Virus record (IMG/VR): IMGVR_UViG_3300049043_000188
Span: 56,673 to 120,672 of that record
Length of the DNA: 64,000 nucleotides
Source: a virus
Strand: one strand, 5' to 3'
Shown here: one piece after another, positions 33,589-46,480 of the stretch
How the letters are laid out: each line of letters opens with the position of its first letter
Position numbering within the stretch: the first letter of the stretch is position 1
Notes under the pieces: model-generated
What the model was told of the DNA's origin: nothing
Seen by the model: the letters and a program-made list of their open reading frames with translations, nothing else
Database searches by the model: none
Position numbers and translations under genes: made by a program

Positions 33589-34265
33589 TTATTTTCCTTG
33601 TTTCAATTTCAGTCGTTCTCTAGGCACAGGATTTTGCGCTTGCCAATTTTTTTCGCCTAATTCTCGAAATTTTGTAATCGCGTGTTCTATTTCTTTTCGA
33701 TGAATCGCATCGACATCTAAAACAATTTCTAAGCCAATGCCGTAGTGGTAACTCAAATCAATTTGAAATGATTCATAAATAGCAGGCGGGTTATTTTCAA
33801 TAATGTCTAATTCCAGTTTTTGCTTCTTGTTCTGCAAAAGTTAAGCCGCCAAATTTTTCATAGCCTTTTCTCTCAGGGAAAATCATTTCGTAAGTCAAAA
33901 TTCTTCCTGTTTTGGGACAACGGTCTGCGGGTACAGATTCGATTTTGCATTCAGCGTCTACTTCTTCAGTGGTAAGCATTTCAAATATACAAGAATAAGC
34001 AAGGTCACTTACAGCATCATCTAAAGCCTGTTTTGCTGTAATGATACGTCGCGTTCCAAATGGTAAATTTATCCAATCCTAAAAAATAGAAATCAAACCA
34101 CTGGCTATCACGCGATTCATCAAGTACTAAGGGGCTGGTGAACATTCCGCCAGTAATGGCTCGTTTCGCGTTCAATTTCGTTCTGAGTTTGATAAACACA
34201 TCATTGCGTTTGTGGCGCGGTAAGCTAATAAAGGGACGGTGTTTTTTCTTAAATCGACGCGGCAT
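33589..34265 (-). CDS. hypothetical protein of about 225 aa (three ORF pieces joined across indels)
   Basis: ORFs 34017..34265, 33797..33979 and 33589..33837 join into one protein. Confidence 0.6.
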
Positions 34266-34488
34266 AAAAAACCTTCTCAGGCAGAAAAATAAAGTTTTAA
34301 AAAAGGTTGTACATGATTTGTCACAACTTTACAACCTGCTTACAAGCCCTGAATTTACTGGTTTTATATTGTGGCTAAAGCACATTTCATTTTGTCGCCA
34401 CTTTGTCACAGGCATTCAATCAAAATCAAGCAGTGTTAAACTACATCAAAGTACAACGCACCATGATAGACAAAGGTTTTACGTTTTC

Positions 34489-36329
34489 ATGAATAAAAAA
34501 GAACTTAGCGAGCGTGATATTTGTACCAAGTACATAACCCCTGCACTTGTGTCGGCAGGATGGGACATTCAAACGCAAGTTCGTGAAGAATATCCGTTTA
34601 CAGAGGGTCGAATTATCGTGCGTGGCAGACTGCATACACGAGGCAAGCAAAATCGTGTCGATTATTTGCTCTTCTGTAAGAAAAATCAGCCGATTGCAAT
34701 TATCGAAGCTAAAAATAATTCACATAAAACTGGCGTAGGAATGCAACAAGCTCTGGCTTACGCAGAAAAATTAGATGTACCTTTCGTATTTAGTTGCAAC
34801 GGCGATCGATTTTTATTTCACGATAGAACAGGCTTATCTGCTCAAGTTGAAACCGAGTTGTGCTTAGATAAATTCCCCAGTCCTGAAAATTTATGGCAGC
34901 GATATTGTGCCTTTAAGCAATTAACAAGCATTGAAAAGGAAATTGTTGAAACTCCCTATTATTTTGACGGCAGTAAACGAACGCCAAGATACTATCAAAT
35001 CATCGCAATCAATCGCACTATTGAAGCTGTCAGTAAAGGACAGCAACGTATTTTGCTAGTGATGGCAACAGGTACGGGTAAAACCTATACGGCGTTTCAA
35101 ATCATCTGGCGACTCTGGAAATCAAAGCAGAAAAAACGAATTTTATTTTTAGCTGACCGCAATATCTTAGTTGACCAAACCAAAAACAATGATTTTTCCC
35201 CTTTGGTCAAGCAATGACCAAAATTACAGGGCGGCAAGTCAACAAAGCATTTGAAATTTATTTGTGCCTATATCAAGCCGTCACTGGTAGCGAAGAAGGG
35301 CGCAACGTTTATAAGCAATTTGACCCGACATTTTTTGACCTGATTATTATTGATGAATGTCATCGGGGTAGTGCGAATGAAAACTCAGCTTGGCGCGTCA
35401 TCTTAGATTATTTTTGCAGTGCAACGCATATCGGCTTAACAGCAACACCCAAAGAAACTAAAGATACCAGCAACATTCATTATTTTGGCGAACCTGTTTA
35501 CACGTACTCGCTAAAGCAAGGTATTGAGGACGGCTTTCTTGCGCCTGTACAAAGTAATACGCATCGATTTTGATATTGATTTGAAAGGCTGGAAACCCGC
35601 CAAAGGGCAAAAGGACAAATACGGCAATTTAATTGAGGAACGCCTCTATAACCGAAAGGACATCGATAGAAATATCATTTTCGATGAACGCACTCAACTT
35701 GTCGCATGGAAGATTACCGAATACTTGCGAACAAACGGGCGAATTTCAAAAGACCATTGTCTTTTGTAATGACATTGAACACGCAGAGCGAATGCGTCAA
35801 GCCTTAGTTAATCTCAATGCCGAGCGCATCAAAGAAAATCGCCGCTATGTCATGCGAATTACAGGCGATGACAAAGAAGGTAAATCTGAGTTAGATAATT
35901 TTATTGACCCCGAATCAACCTATCCTGTAATTGCTGTCACTAGCGATTTAATGTCAACGGGTGTTGATGCCAAAACTTGCAAGCTGGTTGTGTTAGATAA
36001 ACATATTCAGTCGATGACTTTGTTTAAACAGATTATCGGACGTGGTACGCGCATTGATGAAGGGTACGATAAATACTGGTTCACCATCATGGACTTCAAA
36101 AATGCCACTAAATTATTTGCAGATAAAAATTTTGATGGCGACCCGCGTTCAAATCTATCAACCTAACCCCGACGAACCTATTGCACCCACCAATCATGAC
36201 CCAGAGCCTACGCCAGATGATTTAGGTGGAAATGGGTTGACAGATAATGAGAATGGTGATGAGGAGGAAGAGGAAAATAATGATGAAAATAATGATGAAA
36301 CCATTGTTGACCCACCACCACTGCCACCC
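34489..36329 (+). CDS. hsdR: type I restriction enzyme R subunit, EcoAI-like (partial, frameshifted)
   Basis: [25 protein letters not shown] nuclease motif, [31 protein letters not shown]. Confidence 0.93.
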
Positions 36330-36366
36330 AGCAATACGTAACTGAACCAAAAATTAACGAATTGCT
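36330..36366. other. ONT adapter junction
   Basis: AGCAATACGTAACTGAAC...ATTGCT. Confidence 0.9.
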
Positions 36367-36748
36367 TCTAATGATTCCCTTAAGACGGACTTTTTGGGCT
36401 TTTCTGCACTTACCCCACTGGCCGTCAATGATTTTTCCGTGATGGGTTGTGGATTGCAATGGCTTCACTCAGTTTGTCAGTTTGTGTTTCGACGTTTAGG
36501 AGCCCTCCACCACCCACCACTTCAGGTCAATGCCTGAATCAAGGTGGTAGAAGCTTCATATCCGCTACCACCTTCAAGTTCAGCGGATATCCCATCCTGC
36601 CGATTGTCCAGCGGGAAAACTTGTGGGATTATACGCGAGGTGTCTTGCATTGCTGTTTTGGTATGCACTAGTTTTATTCTATCTCTGCGTATTATTGAGC
36701 AACACGGTTAATGTACACCCGCAAAAACATTTGGCTTACGTATTGCTT

Positions 36749-36974
<226 letters not shown>

Positions 36975-37012
36975 AGCAATACGTAACTGAACGAAGAAAT
37001 TTACGTATTGCT
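36975..37012. other. ONT adapter junction
   Basis: AGCAATACGTAACTGAACGAAG...TTACGTATTGCT. Confidence 0.97.
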
Positions 37013-37629
37013 CCATGTCCGGGTCAGCGTGACACCTGCCATCCGTGTACGGGAGGAACACGTCGACCTCACCGAAGGAGTGCCATACCACTGGAATACC
37101 GAAAGGGGTGAATACCCGCCGCCTTCGCCATTTCCCATGCATTGCGAAGAGCCGCCGCGGTCGCCATCCATCCGACGCTCCTCCGTTGGAGTACTGCGTC
37201 TCAGAGGTTTGGTGCGCTCACCAGTACGGATGCCGGTAGAAGCGCATGCCAGGCAACAGCGGGAACTCGATGACCTCCACTTTCTTCGCGAACGACACCT
37301 TCCGTGATCCCGGAGCCGCCGGGCACGCAATCGCAGTACACCAACCTTCACGTCGCCAACTATGATCGCCTCCCCCGCTGCCGCCGCCAGAACGCCAGTC
37401 GCTGGACGGCGCGCTTCGTGGTGGGAACGTGGGGGCCGCCGGCCATGACAGCCGACGGCCTGCCCTTCAGCGCGGTGACGACTTGGCCTTCGCCTCAGGC
37501 TTCGCTTTCGCGCCAGCCTTCGGCGTCGGTGTACCCTCGTGCTTGAACATGGAGTTGCTTCCTGAATCGGCACTCACCTTTCGCCCAATGCCGGGAAGTC
37601 TCACGCTTGGGACGGTGATGGCGGCCGGC

Positions 37630-37665
37630 AGCAATACGTAACTGTACGCAAACTTACGTATTGCT
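37630..37665. other. ONT adapter junction
   Basis: AGCAATACGTAACTG...TTACGTATTGCT. Confidence 0.95.
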
Positions 37666-37768
37666 GTCCAGCTCGAGAAGCGCAATGTGTAACCACACGG
37701 TCCCATTGATCCGCCGTGGTTTGTCGTAGTTCTTCCGAGAAACTTGATGTATCGGCACCAGGAGCCAT
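37666..37768 (-). CDS. possible TenA/THI-4 family N-terminus (fragment)
   Basis: MAPGADTSSFSEELRQTTADQWDRVVTH resembles the TenA N-terminal W...H motif. Confidence 0.35.
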
Positions 37769-38103
37769 TTCTATGTTGCGGTCCTTGGACTTATTTAAGT
37801 GAAGCCTCAATAGGCTTTTTTCGAATTGTAAGTAGTAACAGTAGTATTACTTGTTGCGAAACACCACCACGCGACTTCAACCACGGATCCAAAATTAATT
37901 GATTTCGTGTTCTTGGGAACACATTCCATCGAAAGAGCTAAAAATCGTATTCACGGATTCATATGTCTATCATATTGCCGCGATGTTTGGCCTCCAACCG
38001 TTCCCACATAACCATCGATTGTAAAAATTGATATCCAACGAAGCTCAAGCAGTGATGCTCATTCAGCTCATCCCCACACCTCTGCCGCTTCCTCATTCGC
38101 ACT

Positions 38104-38148
38104 AGCAATACGTAACTGAACGAAGTACATCAAAAATGACGTATTGCT
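38104..38148. other. ONT adapter junction
   Basis: AGCAATACGTAACTGAACGAAGTACA...ACGTATTGCT. Confidence 0.97.
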
Positions 38149-38169
38149 CCCCGCAAAACCCCAAACCCC
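38149..38169 (+). repeat. spirotrich ciliate macronuclear telomere (C4A4 type)
   Basis: CCCC(GC)AAAACCCCAAACCCC immediately after the adapter, i.e. at the molecule end. Confidence 0.75.
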
Positions 38170-38203
38170 TAAAAGACAGTGGTAATATGAAATAATTAAC
38201 AAG

Positions 38204-39417
38204 ATGTCGACGTAAATCAATAGTAGAACGTTGAAGAATTAAGCTTCAAAGTCGACACCTCAGCTACTGGATCGCCTGCCCCACCAACTCATGCATGCGA
38301 TGTAAAACAATAGTGCGAAGTCACTTTGGTTAAATCAGTAACCATACTAACAACAAGCAACATTTACAACCTCAGAATACGCTAACGTCAAGCGTCGTGA
38401 CGGAACAGTTGCCATCATTAATGGAAACGAAGTTATCAGGTAGTTTCCTTAGGTGGCTAACCTCAACAAGTAGCGCACTTAACTATTTAACGTGGGTCAA
38501 AGTGCAGCAGCTGCACCTGATAAGTTACCGTAGTTAGAATCAAGTAAAGGTGCTTTGCGAAAGTAAACTTCAATAGCTGATTTGAACGATCGCTAGGAAA
38601 ATCAAATTTTGAAGATAAGAAGTCGCTAAGGTCAAACTTAATTGTAAACCAACCCAAACGACTTTAATAATCTTTAATAGACTTAACTAATGAGTATGTT
38701 AAGCAAGAGCGAGGAGTAACGAAACCTGTTGTGCCGGCTTGTTGGTCAGTTCTTGCCAGCACTGCAGGCCAACTAGATCAACTAACAGCCTCCATAACAG
38801 GTGACACTATCGCCTTATCATCAAATGCAGAAAGAGAATTTAATCAAATAGTGAATACTTGGTGCTGTCCAGACAAACCACAAATGCTGCTTCGCATTAA
38901 GTTCTGAACATACGCGGGCAAATACCGTTTGAAACAGGTTATCATGGTCTTTAGAATGTTTATTCTTCTGATGAAGTCGGTCCTTTACTATTAATAGAGC
39001 GTCATCTGAACCGCCAGCTCACCATGAACAGTTGTAAATAATGCGTACTTTGAAGAAATTGCCAAAAAGAGACAAGATTAAACCATTAAAAGACCCAGTG
39101 CTTAAACAACAAATTGCAAAACGTCTGAACGTAATAAGATTAGAAAAACCATCTACTCTTCCTAGTTTCCAGTAATCTAAACTTAGTTCAAAAGCATTTG
39201 GAGTAGTATGTAAAATTCCTTTGGCAGCAAAATACAAATGTAGGAACTGTGCGCAAAGCAAATGAAGACAGAATAGCAATCATCTTGAATGTAATTTAGC
39301 CACAAGTGAAGTAGCCAAAGTTGCAGACTGGCCCAAAATTCAGATTTTTGGCGTCTTTGATGGCCATGGAGGTCATAAATGTGCTTAGTATCTTAAAGAC
39401 AACCTACACAATAATAT
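38204..39417 (+). CDS. ciliate PP2C/PPM phosphatase, N-terminal part (genetic code 6)
   Basis: NTNVGTVRKANEDRI, WPKIQIFGVFDGHGGHKCA(TAG)YLKDNLH; in-frame TAA/TAG must be Gln; ATG 34 nt from the telomere. Confidence 0.8.
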
Positions 39418-39461
39418 AGCAATATTAACTGAACCAAGTACATGAACATATAACATTTGCT

Positions 39462-39635
39462 GACGTTTTCTTTGTCTTTTTCTTTAATTTCTTTTTTTTT
39501 TTTTTTTTTTTTTTTTTTTCTTTCTTTCTTTCTTATTTCTTTCTTTTCTTTCTTTCTGCTTCTTTCTTTCTTTACTCTTTTTATTTTTCTCTCTCTTTCT
39601 TTCTTTCTCTCTTTCTCTCTCTCTCTCTATCTTTC
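39462..39635. repeat. T/C low-complexity short read
   Basis: Poly-T and (CT)n between degenerate adapters. Confidence 0.7.
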
Positions 39636-39922
39636 AGAATAATGTAACTTGTTAAGGCCTTAAACATTTAGCTGTATTGTGGTTTTAAATATATTTTAGT
39701 AAAACTTGATTTTATCTTAGAGTGTTGAAATCCACAGACCATGAAACGAATTCTTAATTAGAAAGAGTATAAATTTATATAAAAGTTTATATAAAATATA
39801 CAGGAAACAAATGTCAAATTTTTAAATAATAAAATATAAAAGCTAGAGAATTTTAAAGTTGACTAGAACAATCAAGAATCTCAATCTATTTAATTTTATA
39901 AAATATTGATTAGATTAAGATG

Positions 39923-40030
39923 TTAAATCCATTGACTCAAATAATTGAAAAAAACCTCCTGGGTCATTGGCTTTGAAATATAATCATCCATGCCAGAGTC
40001 AATACATCTTTTTTTTATCTTTGATGATGC
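39923..40030 (-). CDS. C-terminus of a response-regulator receiver domain (hybrid histidine kinase type)
   Basis: KRCIDSGMDDYISKPMTQE...WI*. Confidence 0.65.
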   Translation of the reverse strand, partial: ASSKIKKRCIDSGMDDYISKPMTQEVFFNYLSQWI

Positions 40031-40083
40031 AGTACAATATGTAACTGAACGAAGTATATTTACAAAAAACGTTACGTATTGCT

Positions 40084-41385
<1,302 letters not shown>

Positions 41386-41434
41386 AGCAATACGTAACTG
41401 AACGAAGAACGACATAAAGCAGTTACGTATTGCT

Positions 41435-41950
41435 GGAAACGCGGATCGGTTGCGACTGGCGTAATGCGTCGCCGGGTACACATACGCTCGGCGAGTGTCG
41501 CGGAATGCGGCCCGCAACGCGCGCCCCATCCCACCGCGTGCCAGTTCGTCGTAGCGGACGACGGCGGGGAAGATCGGCAGTCCGGCCGCATCGCCGCTGG
41601 TCCAGCCATCGGGGCGTTGCCGATTCGACGACAGATCGAATACCGAGGACTGCTCAGCGGTCCAACCGCTATCCGTGCGGGTCAATCGATAAAACTCGTA
41701 CAGCTTCCGATTCGCTGGATCGACGACGATCCCATGGTGTTGGCATCGAGCGATGGCTTGCCGCGTTGGACATCGTCGAGCGCTGCAGGAACGCGTGGAG
41801 GGCTCGCGTCGGAAGTTCGCCGGCCAGCCTTCGATCGGCGTGTCGGCACGGGGAATGGGCCCGGATCAGATCCGCCCGGATACGCGTTGATCCGCACTTC
41901 GACTTTCGGTTGGCCGGGCGGAACGAAGACAAACGCCATATCCGGGTTGT
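41435..41950 (-). CDS. bacterial conserved hypothetical protein fragment (WTSxDAAGLP family)
   Basis: SDPGPFPVP..DRHGIVVDP..LYEFY..FDLSSNRQRPDGWTSGDAAGLPIFPAVVRYDE..YVYPATHYA. Confidence 0.65.
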
Positions 41951-42333
41951 AGGCGCAGCGGTTTGTCGGCGCTGATCGCCGCGATCAGCGGCCTGAATTC
42001 AGCAATACCTAAACTGACCAGCGCAAACGGTTACGTATTGCTGACATCGCCATGACGTGGCTGGCGATCCTCCAGACGGCCTGCGCACGGTGTGGGCGAA
42101 CTGGACGATGCGGTTCGACTTGCCGACGGGCAGCAATCAAATTCCTATGCCCGGCTATCGCGTGGTCTTCCCGTCCCTGGAGGATATTTATGAACCCCAC
42201 CCTGGGCTCGCGACGAGGTGGAAGGGCCCGCCCTACGACTGGCAGCAACAGTCGCAGCGTCAACCGCTACTTTGTCCTCTTCGGCAGCAGCGCCGACGGG
42301 CTCTGGACGGGCTCCTGGTGGCGCACCGAGGTC

Positions 42334-42379
42334 AGCAATACGTAACTGAACGAAGTAGATCCGAAAAACATTGATTGCT
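42334..42379. other. ONT adapter junction (start of the PLV-like read)
   Basis: AGCAATACGTAACTGAACGAAGTA...ATTGCT. Confidence 0.93.
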
Positions 42380-42431
42380 GCATCCGCAGCTGCTCGTCAC
42401 GTGAGCTTCATCTGTATGCCTTTAAGTAAAT

Positions 42432-43131
42432 ATGAGGCAGATCTTCGTCGATCATCGCGGATCGCGTGTCGGGCACCAGCTGCGACTTTAGCATCATGCT
42501 CCCGCAGACCCTTGGCTCTGAGCGGCGGTCACCAGGGCCGCATCGACGATCTACGCGTTCCGCTGACGATTCCCACGATTCACCCGGGCAACGATACGAT
42601 CCTAACGCGTACGGGGGCTACCGTCTACACGTCCGTCATTGCCAAAGGCCAGTACTCCACCGGCGAGGCTCTGGCAAACGCCGTGCGAACGGCCTTAGGC
42701 AACGTGCCAGGTGCCTGGACTGCGCAATTATTCAGCGGCGAACGTCGAGATGAACGTTTCTTGCAGCAATCCTTTCCGAATTCATCGGAGGGAACTGGAT
42801 GAGCAAGCTCCTGGCGCGACCCTACGAATACAACGGCTCTGGGTATTCTCTTCAGCTACGTGCCCTCTCCAAGGCCTCGACGTCTGCTACCTCTGCTGCC
42901 CTGAATTCTAGTCATTTGGACAACGTCGGGCCTAAAGGATCCAGCGACTGCTTGTGCTCTGTTCCCATCACCGCTGGCTTCGGCAGCGTGCAGCATTATA
43001 GCATGGGCTCGAGCATTTCTTCGACCTCCCCCGCGCTGACGACTCAGCAATTGTCCTTTGAGCTTAGAGACCGCGACTACAATATTTTGACGCTCCTCCC
43101 TAATATCAGTTTTACCTTGACCATCGACTGA
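42432..43131 (+). CDS. minor capsid protein (penton, single jelly-roll) of PLV/virophage type, frameshifted
   Basis: MRQIFVD(S)RDRVSGTSCDFSIMLPQTL..RIDDLRVPLTIPTI..GQYSTGEALA..LCSVPITAGFG..QQLSFELRDRDYNIL..ISFTLTID. Confidence 0.7.
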
Positions 43132-43170
43132 AGTCCTTGCAACTGAAAAAATCCTGGACTTATTCACAAA

Positions 43171-43634
43171 ATGACCGAGGCAGACGCAAGTATTCCTGAA
43201 AACGACGAAAATGTAGCGAAAATGAAGCAACAATTGTAAAAAGGAGCTTGAGAAAGCCCCTGAAGCGGCTCCAGCAGAGCCAGCAGCAGCGCCAGCAGCG
43301 GAGCCAGCACCTCCAAAAAAGGCAGGCCAGTCGGGTCTAAGGATCGAGTTCCTCGTCGGAGGGTCAAAAATAGAGCCTCTCGTCACGGAAGCTGAGAGTC
43401 CTCAGCCTTCGCAGCCTTCGCGCCCACGCTCGCGAGCGGCGCAGCCAAGGCTGCCTGCAAGCTCCGTCCCAGAGCCTCCTGAGCCGCCGCCTCCTGAACC
43501 GCCCTCTCCTCGCACGCTCTATCGTCAGACGAGCGAGCAGCTGGTCAACCTCAGGGATTCTGATGACTCATCAAAGGAGGGTGAAAACCGCCGAGAGCTA
43601 CGCGGGCAAGCTGCAGACCTGGACTGGAGTCTAG
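43171..43634 (+). CDS. Pro/Glu-rich protein with AT-hook-like motif (possible viral core protein)
   Basis: EPAAAPAAEPAPPKK(G)RPVGSKDRVPRRRVKIEP..PPEPPSPRTLY; frameshifted. Confidence 0.5.
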
Positions 43635-44266
43635 CGTAAGCTTCCAGAACTCCCTGACGCATTTCAGTGGCAGCTTCTGAATGACGCAGAGGTTGCTCTT
43701 GAGGCCTGCGAAGAAGATGGGCACGTCGCCCACGACGAAGTGGATCAGCCAAGGCTCGAGGGAGAGCTTTGAGCCGTCATAGATGTCTTCGATGATATTA
43801 GTAGCCTCCCGGCTTCACTCTCGGCCAGAGGTTCGTGAGCGTGGCCAGCTGATGCTGATCGTAATGGCTTCCGTCGTCGATCACGACGTCGAAGAAGAGG
43901 TTCGGGCATTCTCGCATCCAGACCTGGACGGAACGGTAGTCCGTCGAGTCGCAGAGGTGCGTGGTGATGCGCTCCTCTCGTGAACATGCAGTCTTCCTGG
44001 ATATCGAGGCCGCGCACGTCTCCAAACGGAAAGTAGTCCCTCCAGGCTCGCAGGGAAGCCCTGGGGCGTAGCTGTTCGTGTACGTCTCGGCGTAGCCTCT
44101 CATCGACGAAGGGGCGCCCTCGACCAACGGGCTCGATGCCGACCTCCAGAAGGTTGACGGCTGAGTACCTCAGATGGCCCAGGAGAGCGGTGTAAAGGCT
44201 CGAATACCCGTTGTTGTTCTTATCGCTGCCGTGGAAGGAGAAGAGCTCGGCGAGGTCGGGCGACAT
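43631..44266 (-). CDS. class I SAM-dependent (sugar O-type) methyltransferase, frameshifted; 3' end uncertain
   Basis: HGSDK..Y..LLEVGI..GASLRAWRDYFP..GLDI..FDVVIDDGSH..LWPRVKPGGYYIIED. Confidence 0.8.
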
Positions 44267-44269
44267 TTC

Positions 44270-44309
44270 TTTATTGGTCGCGCAAAAAAAATATCAGGCG
44301 ACCTATAAA
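44270..44309. promoter_or_regulatory. inverted-repeat bidirectional promoter between the two methyltransferases
   Basis: TTTATTGGTCGC-N16-GCGACCTATAAA (11 of 12 bases pair); each arm lies a few nt upstream of an ATG. Confidence 0.55.
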
Positions 44310-44316
44310 AAGAGCG

Positions 44317-44972
44317 ATGCGAGCACTCGTCCTTTTCACTGGCACAGGGTCAGTAGACAGGGCCCTGGAGAGCTACGGCTTTCAGGTCGACAACTTGGAC
44401 ATCGATCCGAAATGCAACGCTACGTGGACCTGCGACATCTTGCAATGGGAGGCTTGGAAGGAGCTTCCGCCTGGCCGCTACGACTTCATCTGGGCAAGCC
44501 CTCCGTGCGTCCAGTATTCAAGAGCAAGGACTACTGCTAAAACTCCTCGAAAATCTTAGAGCTGGCCGACAGCATCGTCGAGAGAACCCTGTAGAATCAT
44601 CAAGGAATTAGCTCCCAAGGCCTGGCTCGTAGAGAACCCACAGACGGGGCTTTTGAAAACGAGGAAGGTCATAGAGGGCTATCCTTGGCGAGACGTCTGC
44701 TACTGTAAATACTCGGACGGCGTCCGCTGGACGTATAGAGAAGCAGACCAGGCTTTGGGGAGTCCTACCCACCTTCGTGCCGAGGCCGGTCTGCAACAAA
44801 GCCAGCAGATGTCCCTTCAGCTCCGCTTCCGGAAAGCATCCCACTTGCGCTCAGCGATACAATCCTGGCTGCTTCGTCAGCCAACACCACAGCCTGAACG
44901 AGCTGTAATCGATGCCCACGGACCTCTGCAACGACGTCAGCCTCGGCCGCCGCAGGAGCTGCCGCTATGTAA
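44317..44972 (+). CDS. minimal C5-cytosine DNA methyltransferase, frameshifted
   Basis: Motif I LFTGTGS, motif IV WASPPC, motif VI VENP, motif VIII YRKQTRLW. Confidence 0.85.
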
Positions 44973-44975
44973 GGA

Positions 44976-45277
44976 ATGGGCTCGGTCGTCTGTTGCCTGC
45001 TCGACCATAACGCGCGAAGGAGGAGGCCGAGGAGGAGGAGTCCCAGGCTTGCGACGGACCCTTGGCGACGGCGGTCCGAGAGCTGTCGAGGATGACGATA
45101 GTTCCTCCTGAACAGTTAAAAGCAAAAATGGGAGCCCTGCTCGGACTCCTCGCTGCTCCGCCGCCCACGGAAGCCGACTCGACACGTGCAGTTCCAATGC
45201 GACTGCGACTCGTCGGGAAGCAGCGGCTCGGACGCTCCGCTCGGGACGGCGTCCCAGCTCAGTCGGAACCATCATGA
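44976..45277 (+). CDS. small protein with MGSVVCC N-terminus (putative myristoylation/palmitoylation)
   Basis: ATG at 44976 MGSVVCCLLDH, continuing after an indel to ..LRLVGKQ..SEPS*. Confidence 0.45.
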
Positions 45278-45634
45278 AGACTCCTCACGATCCTCATGAG
45301 ACGTCTTCTCGTCCAGCGCCTTGAGCGCGCGGCCAGACGCTCCTTGCGAAGAGCCTGGCTGATCCTCATCTGCTCCTTCTTGGCCGCCATGGCTTCCTCG
45401 GGGGTTCGCGTGAGAGGCGTTTCCTACCCCTCTTTGCTGGCTGGAAAACGCCTGCGTCGATCAAGAGATCGATTTTTTTCTACGATACGAATCCCGTCTT
45501 TCTGATTGTACTCCGGATCGGCGAACCTCATGGCTCTGGCCTTCTCCCGCAGCAGCTGCTTGTTGTTTTCGTAGTATTTTCTCTGCGCCGCGGTTACGCC
45601 TCTCGGCCTCGTCTCGCGGCAGCAAGTCTCTCAT
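45274..45634 (-). CDS. basic putative DNA-binding protein, frameshifted
   Basis: MRDLLPRDEAERRN..QRKYYENNKQLLREKAR..PAKRGRKRL..EEAMAAKKEQ; ATGA overlap with the upstream gene. Confidence 0.5.
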
Positions 45635-46267
45635 GACTTGGGTCTTTCATGAGACGCAAGATTTTCGCTTCGACCTACCAAGGAGGGAGTCGGAGTTGTT
45701 GAGACGTACTCTACGGATACGGCATCTGTGTAGGCCTGACGTCCAGCAGCGTCCGCTGGCGTGCAAACTCTCCGACGTCTCCGGAGGACGTCGGCGAGCG
45801 TTATGCAAGTGGGCGTACACGGGCCCAGCTCTGGCGCTCGATTTCCTGCAGAACTCCTGCTCGCTGGGGGCCACTGCCGAGCCAGCTCCATCGACGCTGT
45901 AGGCGTGAGCCCAGCACCGCGTCCCACGGGGCCTTCGCCTCGTCGCGAGGCGTGGCGATGTCGCTCGTCCTTCTGAGCCGCCTCCTCGCCGCAGCCCGCT
46001 CGAATCGGCGCGCTGCTCTTCGACAAGGGACTCGCGCTGCCACAGCCTCACCTGATTCAGGGCCTTGCAGGTCGTCGTGCACGTTGGCCTCTGAATCGCG
46101 GCGGGCATGCGCGGCGAGCGGGAACGGTCGTGGCCGCGGGAGATCCTCTTCTTCAGCTTCTCGTTCTCTTCTTTCAGCTCCCTGTCTCCAGCCGCAAGCT
46201 GTTCACTCGACCTGCGAGGCCGCTGGATTGTCGGCTTCAAGCTGCGCCTTGGTGAACTGCGCGGCAT
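45631..46267 (-). CDS. coiled-coil hypothetical protein, frameshifted
   Basis: RELKEENEKLKKRISR..RSRSPR. Confidence 0.45.
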
Positions 46268-46480
46268 GGCTTCAAGGAGGCTTTAAGAAAGGACTTGGGG
46301 AATGAACTACGAAAATGAAACGGCTACAGGAATCGACATGAGTGCAAGACGTCCAAAAAAAAAGAGGACTCACGGCATGGATCGTCGGCGTCACGTTCCC
46401 ATTCTCTCTTTTCGGGCTCAGCTTGTTTTTTTTTTTTGCTCAGCAGAGTCTGTACCGGGGGCTCTTCTTGTCTGTAGGGC

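Noticed and set aside
34138-34488. N-terminal 117-aa extension of HsdR in the ORF track
   Set aside because: It overlaps the divergent minus-strand gene; the family-typical start [12 protein letters not shown] is at 34489.
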